A model generated the notes under the pieces. The model made no database searches, was not told the DNA's origin, and saw only the letters and a program-made list of their open reading frames with translations. A DNA stretch of 64,000 bases, taken from Gordius albopunctatus. Lineage: Eukaryota. Made by a program: the position numbers and the translations under genes. The stretch's first letter is position 1. Each line of letters begins with the position of its first letter. This document shows, one piece after another, positions 51,203 through 63,057 of this stretch. The stretch spans positions 4,836,001 to 4,900,000 of the forward strand of contig OZ193909.1 in the NCBI GenBank assembly GCA_964276515.1. Direction: 5' to 3'.

Positions 51203-51565
51203 GTAATGGCATTAACTAACCCGACGCAACTAACATCATCATAACAGACTACCATCACTTTAAAATTCTTAGTTTTTTTCATTAAATTGATAAGTTTTTA
51301 TTTTGATTGATCTTCTAAGTTTTTTAATTAAAATGCTTATTTTTTTATATTTTAAGCTAGAAATTTTAATCAAACAGGTGAGTATTAAAAAAAGATATAA
51401 GGGCAAAGTTTTATTTGCAATGATTTCGATAATTTTTTATTTATTAACCTAACGTATATTTAAATACTTAGCATAATATATTTGAATAATGCTTAGCATA
51501 TAATTTAAATACTTAGCAAATAAATAAAAAAAATTAGCAAACTATCATCAGTCAGTCATGCTACG

Positions 51566-51846
51566 CACGCTACATGGCATTGCACACAAAAAGAATATGT
51601 TACAAAATGGTGGCAATTAAAAATAAAACACTCGATAGAGATAGATATGTATTAAAAACCCAAATCGCAATTTTTTCTTAAAAATTAAAGAATTGAAATA
51701 AATTAAAATTTTAATATATTTTTAGTATAATTTGCCTTACTTTTAATTTGAATAAATTGTAAAATTTCTATTATTTATTATATATGTAAAAAATATAGCA
51801 GACAAGGTGCTAAAAGACCGCAGTTGAATTGAAATTTTACAGTATA
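51566..51846 (-). repeat. Inverted copy of the hAT internal segment 47864-48140
   Basis: About 280 bp of reverse-complement match with scattered substitutions and small indels. Confidence 0.9.
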
Positions 51847-53172
51847 TAAAAGAACATCCTCCTTAATCATACCAATGAGAGAACGTAACTTCTAAATTTT
51901 CAATAACTCTTTGAAACGAAACTATATAAAATTTTTTATTCGAATGAAAATATTTTATGTCTCCTAAATAGCCTTCTCAACAAAGAAATTAGTAAAAAGT
52001 TTTAAAAAATCTTTTAGCTAGATTTTGCCTATGGCTGGGCACGGGCCTTGGGTGGGTTGAGCCATCAGGCCCAATTATTATTCAATTTTTGGCCCGAGCC
52101 CGACGTTGGGCAAGGTCGAGCTTTGGACAGCCCGTGCAGGGCTATAGTTCCATCAGATCTCTGCAGTAAAAAGCTTAAATATGATAAAATATTAGATCCA
52201 CCTTTTAAAATCAAGCTTAGTTTTCCCAAATAATACACTACTGTGAAGGTCAGATCCAATAATGCATAATTGCGTTTTTATAAGGTTTATTTATCATAAG
52301 GCCTGATATACCCGCAAATACTCATTTTGGTTAAAAGGGATAAAGCTTTTTTACCACAGGTGGACCAAAATGAAGCAATCAAATGTAATAAAACTTTTAG
52401 ATGTTAATAGTTGAATTGGGGCAAAGAAGCCTTTTGATATATAGTTCCATTTATCGTGCAGACCATTGCTCCAAGGAACTTAAAAAGACCCTTCATACAG
52501 CTTGCATCGCCTCAAATAGAAATTTGATGGCTCTAAGATTTATACAAAACCTTAAATATAGTTTCTGTAAACAGTTACATGGCAAATCATATCTATTTCT
52601 TATTCTCAAAAGCGTCTTAAAGAATGTTTAACACGTAGTGAAAAGTTTGCTGAACATATATTTAAATAAGGATATGAAATATGTGTAATGATATTTCAAA
52701 CCTACAATTCATTCATAGAAAGATTTGCACTTAACATGAATAACTTTTTTTGTTTTATTAATTTTTAAAATACAAAGAGCAATTAATATTTTATAATCAT
52801 ACACCCCATGTTTAATTCAACCTTAATGTTGTTTTAAATAGCATGAAGTAAATCAATACCTAAGATTCTATAAATTATATTTATATAAAAAATGTAAGGG
52901 AAAATAAAAAATTTATAAAGTATTTTAATAGTAAGATTGTGCTTATTTAAAAATATGTTACAAAAATTAGTAGGTATATTCAAATAAGTAATCTAGCCTT
53001 TAAAAAATAAACACTACTATTAAAATTTTAAAACTAAATGCACAGCCACATTTAATTAAGATTAATTACAATGCAAAAAATTCAAAGAATACCCATATCT
53101 TAATCTAACACAAAACTACATGTATGTTATTTTAAATAGTGTTAAGCTTTTATTTATAATAATGAAGACAAT

Positions 53173-53659
53173 TTAAATGCTTGAGTTTGTCTCTTGAGAA
53201 CGTAATCTAGCATGTTCATTTATAACTTTAATAGCCAATTGTTGGGCTCTTTCTACTATTTCTTTTCTCTTTGGTGCTGAGACAGAGTGGGCAATTTCGG
53301 CACAAAAGATTTTGTTATGCATCATTAAAACTTCCAATTCCTAAAAAAGATTTAAAAATAAGAAAACATTAATTACTCTTTTATTGTGCACTAAAACTTT
53401 TTTAAAGCCATTTGGCAAAATGTGTTTTGTCTTTTTATTGCTACCATAACCAATATTGGGCATAGGCAACTGCCCTTTAAACCTTCTTCGAACTCTATTG
53501 TCAATACCTTTAGGTTTTCTCCAGTTTTCCTTAATAAATTTGTCACGATTTAGAAAAAAATTATACCTTGACTCTTAAATAACGGTCACTATGATGACGT
53601 TTAAACTTCTTCGTCCTTTTATGGACGATTTTGGAACGTTTTAAAGGCTGAAGTGACAT
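53173..53659 (-). CDS. RPL32: 60S ribosomal protein L32 (eL32), 3 exons, 137 aa (missed by the ORF track)
   Basis: Exons 53659-53567, 53529-53377, 53340-53173: [137 protein letters not shown]. Confidence 0.98.
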
Positions 53660-53797
53660 TTTTGGAAAAATGGATGGGAAAATGTGTTTTTAATATAAAT
53701 GTGCACAAGGAAAATAAATCAAAAGGGTACGCACCACAGTTAATTTCCAGTTTCAGTTTTAAAATCTAATTAAAATGTTTGAAGAATTATTATGAAG

Positions 53798-53926
53798 AAT
53801 GTCTCCATGGGTATTAGGGCAATGTCTCCATGGGTATTATGGCAATCTTATAAATAAACAATGCTGATGGGTATTAGGGCAATGTCTCCATGGGTATTAT
53901 GGCAATCTTATAAATAAACAATGCTG
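53798..53926. repeat. Perfect 60-bp tandem duplication containing a 23-bp sub-repeat
   Basis: 53807-53866 is identical to 53867-53926; AATGTCTCCATGGGTATTA occurs three times. Confidence 0.95.
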
Positions 53927-56663
53927 TAAAAACTTTTTTTACTTTTAGAATAGCGATGCATTAACCTCTATATCTGGACGTTTTCTACAATTGAAGTTAA
54001 TTTTTTGATCAATGTCAATTTTTTATAGCCTAGATATGCCAAGAGGCAAAACTTTTGAAGTAATATTTAGATTGAGTCTATTGAGGTATATTATAAATTA
54101 AAAATTTGATTTAATCATTAATAAATCAACAACTTTCGATAAAAAAAACAAATTTATACTAACTTTCAATCTTGTTCTTTTAAAATTTGTAATTTTTTGT
54201 GCCAGAGACCCAGAAGATTTTTGGATTGAATTGAACTGTAGTGAATAAAAAAACACAAACATCAACTTAAAATTAGTAATAAAATCATGGTATATGGCTT
54301 CATCTAAAGCTCAAAAGATCTGTCGTCACAAGGATGCTCTCAGCACCATAACAACATTTAAATAATTAAACCATTGCTCAATATAACCGCAATTTTTGTT
54401 TTCCCAACACTCTATGGATCAATGAGCGAAGTTTTCCAAACTCAGGATATTAAAAACTTATTTAAAGACTACGATTTATTGTTTAAAATTATATACAATA
54501 TATTAAAATCGACAAAAAATACATCATATTCAAAATCCCATTAAGCCCTAATCTTTTTAAGGTGTCCGCCCGAGCGTACCTGGAAACTTAAATTAACGAC
54601 ATTTGCCTATTCGGCCTGACTGAGCAAACCTGCATGCGGACAGGACTTTTTTTGTATTTCATATTTATTTTATTAAATATAATTGGCAGCTTTCTCTTAC
54701 CCCTTCACTCGAGAAAATCTTGGCTAAGCACTTGTTATTTTTTATTTTTTAGGGCTTTTACTATGTGATATTAACTTAAATTTAATGTTTGAAATCAAAT
54801 TTTATAATCTAGCAAAATAAAAAGCGTTTCCACTTTTTTATTAGCTTCATGCCATAATGCATTTTTTACTTAACAACTAACAGCTCTTAGCCAATATTTT
54901 GCGCGTATTATGTATATATAGGCTAGTTTTAACCGTAGGCAATTAGGAGTTGGTTAATAGCAGCATTGAAGTATGGAAATAGGCATATTTACGAATTACA
55001 ACTTTTATAAAGCACCAACAATTTATGGAGAATCCTAAAAAATCAATTACATATTGGCCTTAGTGCGCTGTATTCCAGGACCGTCAATACGAAAGCAACA
55101 AGCTATTTACTATCTCCCAATTAAAACATTTGGACAGAAAGGTTTAGCCATAACATCTTAATAGTCAGCGATATGACTTCTACTTAAGCAGATGTTAAAT
55201 TAGATGTGAAAGAAAAGTTCTTATGCAAGGCCAAAAAATTGATTATCTGTCCTATATGTCACATATATTTGAGTTTTGGGGAAGAGACTTTGAAGACTAG
55301 CAACCAAATGCAAGGGATAATTACCAGATGCTAGACGATAATAAGCGGTGAACAAAGGAAATCTAAGAAAGAGGAGTAACGTAAAAAATTCAAGGGAGGA
55401 TAACAACCGGCGCAAGGGCACAAAACAAGAGATTGTCAGAGACAAAAGACTTGATAGCACCAATGAATCATTAATTAATTTTCATCGCGAAACGATATAT
55501 ACTATTTTTGGTTATCCTAAATCCTAAACCACGTCTTTGTAATAATTTGTAGTTTGAGCGTTGACTAAGAATAAATCGCATATATAAAAGTTAATTTGTA
55601 GTTTGGGTAGTTTATAATTATATTTGGAATTATAAAATTATCCTGTGTAAAATTAACTAGAATGCAACTTTATTTTGAGAAGATATTTGAAGATTCATAA
55701 AATATATAAAAACGATTTCTTTTTATAGGTATAACTATATATGGGTGGCATGAAGTTAGGATTATAATGTTTTGAGGTAATATAAATTTAAAATGATTTA
55801 GCCTACACGAGATGCACAGATATATACATATACTAGCTGACCCGGCAAACGTTGTTTTGCTATATACATTATTTCTAGAAAATACTATAGGTTGTGTGCA
55901 TGCTCATCCTTATGCATCGATCATATAATTAGCGAATAAAATATAATTGGCCTATGGGAAATAATTCACGAACTTAATATAGGAAGAATTAACACCCTAA
56001 ATACAAAATATAAACACATAAAACAAAATACTTAACATCTAATTTTTTATTGCTTTATTATACACATTTTGCCTATATAAATATACTGTCAAATAAATTA
56101 ATACATGCCTAAAGAATCATTTAATTTGTAAATTGCCACAGGTTTGTTTTTTTAGTAAAGGTGCTAAAAACATTTTTTGGTCCTACCGCAGAATCACGAT
56201 TCTGGTACTTTTTCGGACTTCAATCAAAACCCCAACCCGCCCTGAAAATCTTTTTATTTTTGCGCCTTAACATATTTTTGCGCGGCCAGCTTTTCACTTA
56301 TTTGGGCAAACTACAATTCTGCTTACATCAGTTTAGAAACTTTAGGTATATCATTGGCCGCCAACCGAGCTTCATTGCAATAGGGTCTCATTGTTATAAT
56401 GTTTTGCTGATATATTGTGTAGTTTAAGTCAACAGGTACCATTATAGACGTAGCCCGATCCTCTACCCTCAATTTGCCCTCCGTTAATTTTTACTATTGC
56501 TTAAATTGCATAGCAAATGAATGCTCCCATACGAATTTAGAAGAGCCTAATAAGACCACACAAAGACAGCAAGTAGACAGGGGTTTAAGGGGCGGAGCCC
56601 CTTGAGTAAGGTTTAAAGGGGCAGCCCCAGCCGGGGTACAGGGGTGATGCCCTTTGTTTGAAT

Positions 56664-57030
56664 CTTTTTCTTCTTTATCAGTTATTTGGACCCACGGTCG
56701 TGGGGTTTGTTTTGATAAGTTTCTTGCATCTTGACCGGGTGAGTGCCATGTCTTGACTACTCTTTAGTTTTCATAACTTTATCGCCTTGCCCGTTCTATG
56801 TGATACGGGGTCATCCTCTTCCTTTCTTCTCCGGCATCTCCATGTCCAGTACTTTTCGATTTAGGTCATTTGTGTCCCCCTTAGTATATGTTCATATTAC
56901 CTTAACCAATTTTCGTCAATCATGTCCGCCATAGGTTGAATATTCATTTGTGTCATGAGAAAGTCATTCGTCATATGGTCGAGCTTAGTTGACCTCAAGC
57001 TCCACCGTAGAATTCTCATCTCTGTGAATT
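56664..57030 (-). mobile_element. 5'-truncated RTE-clade non-LTR retrotransposon (3' end)
   Basis: Minus strand reads TEMRILRW..TKLDHM.N..WLR*YEHILR..RKVLDMEM..KGRG*PR..DMALTR, a typical RTE C-terminus, followed by a GAA-rich tail. Confidence 0.8.
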
Positions 57031-57604
57031 TTATAAGTTTTATTCCCTGGTGTTTAATGCCGATGCTTATTAATCAATTTTTAATTCCTTAATTAATTTA
57101 TTATCATAATGTCAAGTTCGACAAAAAATAAGGTTTTTTAAACTCACTTTGTTGTTCACATGTATTCTATCTTTATTTAATTATTTTATTAATCCACAGT
57201 CCAGGTTTAAAATGCTTCATAAAATGACCACTGTCTTACGTTAATTTGTATGAGTCCGGCCCGAGGTGACCGGAGCAACATCATTAATCTCGGTTATTTC
57301 CGAAACATGCGAATATCCCCTAACTTTCTAAGCAAAGCCTCTTTTTTGTTTAAAATATGCCTAGATTAACAACATTAAAAACTGAGATATTATGAGGTGT
57401 CGTAAAAAAGCATTGCCCACAAACCTTACTTTGGTCAATAAGCTATCAGTGTACTCAGATAATTCATAAAGACTTAAAGCAACCGGTATAAGCATGGACG
57501 TAGCCAAGCCCTCAAACATTAAAGTCCATTTTTCTCCCCTGCTTAAATTTCACAGCATATGAAATGTTTTTCAACAAAGTGTAGAATAGCTTAGGTTAAA
57601 GGCT

Positions 57605-58583
57605 TTTCGAGATGGTTTTATTATTTATCCAAATACAAGAGCAAGTGTCTTTTGAGAAAAATAAGTGCGTTTATATAATCGCGCATTAATTGAATAAACA
57701 ATTAAATTTAGTGTTGAGTCCTCGAGGTGTTTGTGATTGGTCAATTAACGTCGCGAGGAAATGGACGCAACGCTACAAATAGTCTCCTTCGTAGACGTGG
57801 AGCGTTACTTAAAATTGAAAATTTTTTTTGGTTGATGTAAAGTATGTGTAAAGGATGTTCGTACTACCAGCCAGTTTTGTCTCCGCCTACCGTGGTTGTT
57901 AGTGAGGTGACCGAGGTGTGAGTTGCGTGTATGTTGTTGTGATGCTATCCAATATATTAATAAGATCCATGCCGCGGGCAGAGTTATCTATAGTGGAATT
58001 TCAATCGGTCATCAACTAAATCGGTAAGCGGTGGTGAGAACGTTGGTAGTAGGTGTCATTGTTTTGCCGAACGTAGTCTTTGCTCGTTGCAAGAGGCCAT
58101 GTAGTGTTGATGTTGAGATGGGTTTTGTGATTAGGGCCATGCGCAGCAGTGGACGGGCGTTCGGCAGACGTTGTTGTTGTCTATGTAGAGGTGTAGTAGA
58201 ACATCATGTTTTTCTTCGTAGAAACACACAGGTAGGTAGGCAACTTGTCACAGCAGTCGGACACGTATTGCTAGAGGTGTTAAGAGGTTGAAGTTTTGTT
58301 GCAGCTCGATCGTGGATGCTGGATTGCCAAAAATAGTGCCTAATAATTAAGGGCGTATTCAGGGGGAGTTTTTTAAAAAAATATATGGCTCCCCCGAACG
58401 GGGTCACCAATTTCGAGATGGTTTTATTATTTATCCAAATACAAGAGCAAGTGTCTTTTGAGAAAAATAAGTGCGTTTATATAATCGCGCATTAATTGAA
58501 TAAACAATTAAATTTAGTGTTGAGTCCTCGAGGTGTTTGTGATTGGTCAATTAACGTCGCGAGGTAATGGACGCAACGCTACA
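57605..58583 (-). mobile_element. Complete, young TRIM-like non-autonomous LTR retrotransposon (979 bp)
   Basis: 173-bp LTRs (57605-57777, 58411-58583) with one difference seen; 4-bp TSD GGCT; PBS TGGTGACCCCG (58409-58399); PPT GAAGGAGA next to the 3' LTR; LTR has CCAAT, TATA and AATAAA in order on the minus strand. Confidence 0.95.
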
Positions 58584-59328
58584 GGCTCAACAAAAAGCAA
58601 CACAGGGCCCGGGGGCGCTACCTAACACCAAAGAACCGAGGACAATAACCTTGTTAGGAGTTAGGGGCGGAGCCCTTCTTAGAGGTCCGAAGAACTGAGA
58701 TATATCAACATTTATTGGCACTTTGTTAAAAGTGTTTTCATTTTTCTCCTTATTTAACGCGCAAAAATGACAAAATTAGATTTTTTAAATTTATTTAGCC
58801 ACGCAGGAGGTGACACGACCGTCCTATAATAATAATTGACGTGAAAAATAAGACAAAAATGACTTTGATTTAATGTTTCAAATCGTAAAAAGTTTCCATT
58901 TGCCGCAGCAAATGCTTACATTTATCAGACTACACTATCTACACGCATGACGGTCTAGAAAATACTATAAGTGAAGTGATACACTTTTACTAAAGAACTG
59001 TATATTCAAATTTTCAAAGAACACGATAGATACGCATTACGTCATGAGGTTGCGTTTGATTGACATTTTATTAAACGTCAAAACGTATAGACCTAAATAA
59101 CTCGACCGTCTTATGACTTAGAGATTTCAAATATAGTTAAAAACCTAGGCTCAGACCTACCAAATATTCGCAGAAATTTCCATCAAATTCAGTCCAGCCG
59201 TTTCGGAGGATTTAAGGACCAAACATCGTGACACGAGAATTATATATATGTAGATTTTCTATTTAATTATACAAAATCTTTGACTTTAAACTATATAGTT
59301 TTGGGGGCAGTGGTATTGGATAGTTGGT

Positions 59329-60010
59329 TGTAATGGCTCAGGTAATAATTATATTATCGTTGTTAGACGCAGATAGTGTATATCTAACATCATATAATAT
59401 AATGTGCTTAAGTTTATACGAAGTTAATGTACACACATACGGAATTTGTTTATGGAACAAACATAAATCCTAGCAAGATCTAGTGTATATATAATTTTTC
59501 GGTTTCACTAATATATCGCCCTCATAACTATTTAGCTCGCAACAGTGGCATCGTAAAGAATCTACTCGGTGATGCAGAAGTTTAATTACAACGATAACAT
59601 CGAAGTATTTATCACCCAATATAATCTATTCCTAAGACGTGAAATAAAACCACAAGCGGTGGATAGAAAAGCCGCTATGCTATCAAGGAACCTCTATGGG
59701 AACGCATTCCAGGTGGTGTTTGAAGACTATAGACTACAAGATCTTACCGAAATTGTTTACGAAGAAACTTATGAAGAAGCTGTTCCGTAGGAATTCATCT
59801 GTTATGGTAAAGAGATAAATTTTCAAAGGTTTGACAACTGTTTGGGTAGATGATATATGTTTAGGCAAATAGGTCGCCGCGAATTGTGGCAACTTCGAAG
59901 GTGAATAACTGCAAACAGAATGAGTGACCAACTCAGTATAGAATTGCGCATTAGAGGCTTTAAGGTAAGACTGTTATCAAAAAATGACATCAAATGAGAC
60001 CTGATAAGGT
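59329..60010 (+). mobile_element. Degenerate Gypsy (Mag-like) LTR plus gag remnant
   Basis: TG..CA segment 59329-59544 followed by PBS-like TGGCATCG. ORF 59569-59790 and downstream AANCGNF..RMSDQL..KVRLLSK resemble Mag-clade gag. Confidence 0.55.
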
Positions 60011-60862
60011 TGCTATGTGCTATAGCTGTAGCTCCTTAAGAACGCTATTTCCCCATCACTAGTAAAACGATATGATTTTTGTAAGGAAATATGGCGGATA
60101 CATGCATGATATTTATAGAAAAAACTCTAACTCCTAATATCCCACATACGGCTAAAATTGGTTCCATTAATAATTTTAATGCGGCCTAATATACAGGTCT
60201 CCATTTTTTAAATTCATTTTGATTATATGATATTTTTGTAGAATTTACCCCATGATTTTAAGCAATGGACCCATCTCTAAATGGTTAAACTTAGTCGCAT
60301 AGTCCGCCATATATAGTTATAATAGAATTTGAATCTCGTTATTCCCCTTCAAATAATATGAAAGTTTTATTATTTGATTTAGATCTTTAATTTATATGCA
60401 AAAAAAACACACCTATAATTTAAAATGAGAACAAATTAGTGTGCTCAGTATTTAATTCAATTTTTGTTCGATAGAATATTCTTCGGGAACGTGTCAAAGT
60501 AGCACAGAAATGGCTGCGAATTTCGTCACAAATGATGAAATTTGATCACATCTCATCATAATTTAAATCTGTTTTTTGATATGTATCAATTTCAAATCAA
60601 GTAACATTATTTTTATGAAATGAAATTACATTTGTTGATTTAATAAAGGGATTCTAATATAATTTAAATCAATATTTTGTCTTTACAATACTTAACCGTA
60701 TTTTTATGAAAAGTTGATCTAATAAAGGAATTCTAACTGTTGATGTCTAAATATTCTAATCATCAAGTTTATCGAAACAAGAATATTGATTTATAATTTT
60801 AAAAGTATAATCAGGTGTTAAAATCGAGAAATAGGTCTCTTTTCCTATACAAACATTTTGTA

Positions 60863-62719
60863 CATAGGCGTAACTAGGATTTACTCATGGGTAGTGTTAG
60901 AAAATTTTCAAGGTGAAATTTTTTTTGTAAATATTTTTTTTGGATAAAAATGTTTGTGTTTGATTATCCTCTTTTTCTTGTATTCTTAGTCTTACAGAAT
61001 TAATACAATCTTTTTCTATGGAAATAGATTCTAGAATTTATATTTAGCTTATATAGTGTTTCGATCTCGTCTCGATCTCGAAACCAAAATCTCGTCTCGT
61101 CTCGGGTGGGATTATTAGAATCTCGATCTCGTCTCGGCCTAGAAAAATCTCGATCTCGTCTCGACGAGAATTCTCGTCTCGTCTCGACTTTTAAAAATAA
61201 TTATAATAACATATTTTTTTTTCTTATAAATTATTATATAAGGTATAAATTTGTCAAAATAGACGTATTTTTTAACTTGAATCTCAAAACAGAAGCTTGA
61301 GTAACTTAAGGTAGGAAGCAATATAATATAGGTGTTATATACTAATTGACTCAAAGGTATAAGGCTGCTAATTAATAAATTTTATGTCCTGGGTAAGGCT
61401 CAATAAAATAAAGTTTAATATCATCATACTTTAACATAATGAATTTATTGAAATTTTAAATAATAGAGTACAAATAATGAAAAAAATGCGAGAGTAACTT
61501 TTTAAAACATTATCATTTATAACAAGTAATTATATGAATATCGTAAATACAATAAAATAGCCATATTGTTGGAAGAACATAAAAGTTTTGATATCTTAGG
61601 TTAATTGCACATATATAATTAAGTAACGTTTATTTAGAAAATTTAAACAATTCTATTATGGTGTGGCATCCCATTATATATAACAAAATATTGACTTAAT
61701 GTATAATAATCCTTATGATGGTAACGTTTTAGATGTCGTTGAAGACCTAAAGTATTGATATCTGTCATTTTTATTTCTTTGGAACAGAATTTACATTTCC
61801 CCATTTTATTTGATTCCTCTTTGGATATTGTGAAATGTTTCAGTAGCTTGTTCTTTTTTAAATTGCATGCTGGGGAAAAACTCATCGTCTAAAATTTTCA
61901 TATTATATAAGCTAAATAAATACATAATTACTTCTTCGAATAACACTATGTTAATGTTTTAATAAGATTATACTATAAATTTGAAATTAGCGCGAAGCGG
62001 ATAATTAGGTGCGTAAGTAATTTAAAATCAAAAGTTCAAAATCATATTAATTTCATTTAATATCCTAAATTTAAATTTCATGAAATAAGTTTTTTAAATA
62101 GTTAAATTTAACTTAATAGTAAAAAATAAAAATTAAAGTCGAGATCTCGCCGATAAAATCTCGTCTCGTCTCGTCTCGAGGTCAAAATTCTCGTCTCGAT
62201 CTCGACTCAATTTTTCAAAATCTCGTCTCGTCTCGTCTCGGGTTTTCGAGACGAGACGAGACCGAGATTTGTCTCGGTTTTTCCGCATCACTAAGCTTAT
62301 ATAATTTATTTATCACCTTCATCCTGATCTCTATGTTCCTCTTCTTCTCCTACTGAATTAGTACTAACATTTTCTAAATTAAATTCTAGAATCTAGAGTG
62401 AATTATAATAATTTTACTTTTCTCCTTTGAAAATTTAATTTTTTGCAAGGATATTGTTGGCGTTTCTTCATATTAAAAGTTCGAAAAAAGGGTGTGAGGG
62501 GAGATATTTATCTAAAATTTAAATTTCGAATAAAATGTATAAATTTTGAACATATAAAAATAGAAAAAGCAACAAAAAACTTAATAACACTTCCACAAAA
62601 ATAATTTATAATTATCAGTATTCAGTAATATTTGTGTGAAAAAACAATATAAAAATTTTATTATTTGAAACTCATGGGTAGTGTTACAACCTTACAGCAT
62701 ACCCTTGCGTACGCCAATG
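60863..62719. mobile_element. hAT MITE hosting a nested hAT
   Basis: TIRs CATAGGCGTA / TACGCCAATG with a perfect 8-bp TSD ATTTTGTA. Confidence 0.9.
61054..62293 (-). mobile_element. Non-autonomous hAT with TCTCG subterminal arrays and a BED-finger ORF (61643-61885)
   Basis: Termini TAGTG / CACTA; perfect 8-bp TSD AGCTTATA; ORF GKCKFCSKEI..NTLGLQRHLKRYH. Confidence 0.92.
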
Positions 62720-62729
62720 ATTTTGTAAA

Positions 62730-63057
62730 AAAGAGTGAAGGAGTGGCTCATTGTTCTTGTAATGGAATTTTAAAATGCTGATACATCTATCTTTATCTGA
62801 TTCTTTCTTCGATTTTGGCTTTATAATTTTCCCATGATTAATTCTATTTCTATCATCTATATTTACCTTTCATTTTAATTTGAGGGAATACACACTTCAA
62901 AATCTATCTGAGCATTTTGGGATTGAAACAAAATTCAATACATATCACAAATACAGACAAGCTTATTAAAAAACTTGGAATAAGTATCTTTCTTTTTATC
63001 TGGAAGTAAACAGTAAACACAAGACACCATATGGTTTTTATACCATTGATGTATAGC
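62730..63057 (-). pseudogene. Mutator-like (MULE) transposase remnant
   Basis: Minus strand AIHQWYKNHMVSCVYCLLPDKKKDTYSKFF..IDFE..VFPQIKMKG matches the MULE DDE core pattern; contains a stop and a deletion. Confidence 0.75.

Larger units (their letters stand above)
55833..59254 (-). mobile_element. Non-autonomous Helitron carrying nested retroelements
   Basis: Minus strand 5' A|TCTACATATATATAATTCTCGTGTCAC; 3' hairpin GCAAAACAACGTTTGC then CTAG|T, the same 3' end as 15814. That both ends belong to one element is inferred. Confidence 0.72.

Noticed and set aside
55020..55470. Possible integrase relic
   Set aside because: Only a vague resemblance; too degraded to support.
58031..58410. ORFs inside the TRIM body (also 44258-44538)
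   Set aside because: Frames are not preserved between the two copies and show no convincing gag or pol motifs.
61054..61190. TCTCG/CGAGA arrays as a CRISPR or satellite
   Set aside because: No constant repeat with unique spacers; they are subterminal motifs of a hAT with a TSD, in a eukaryotic context.
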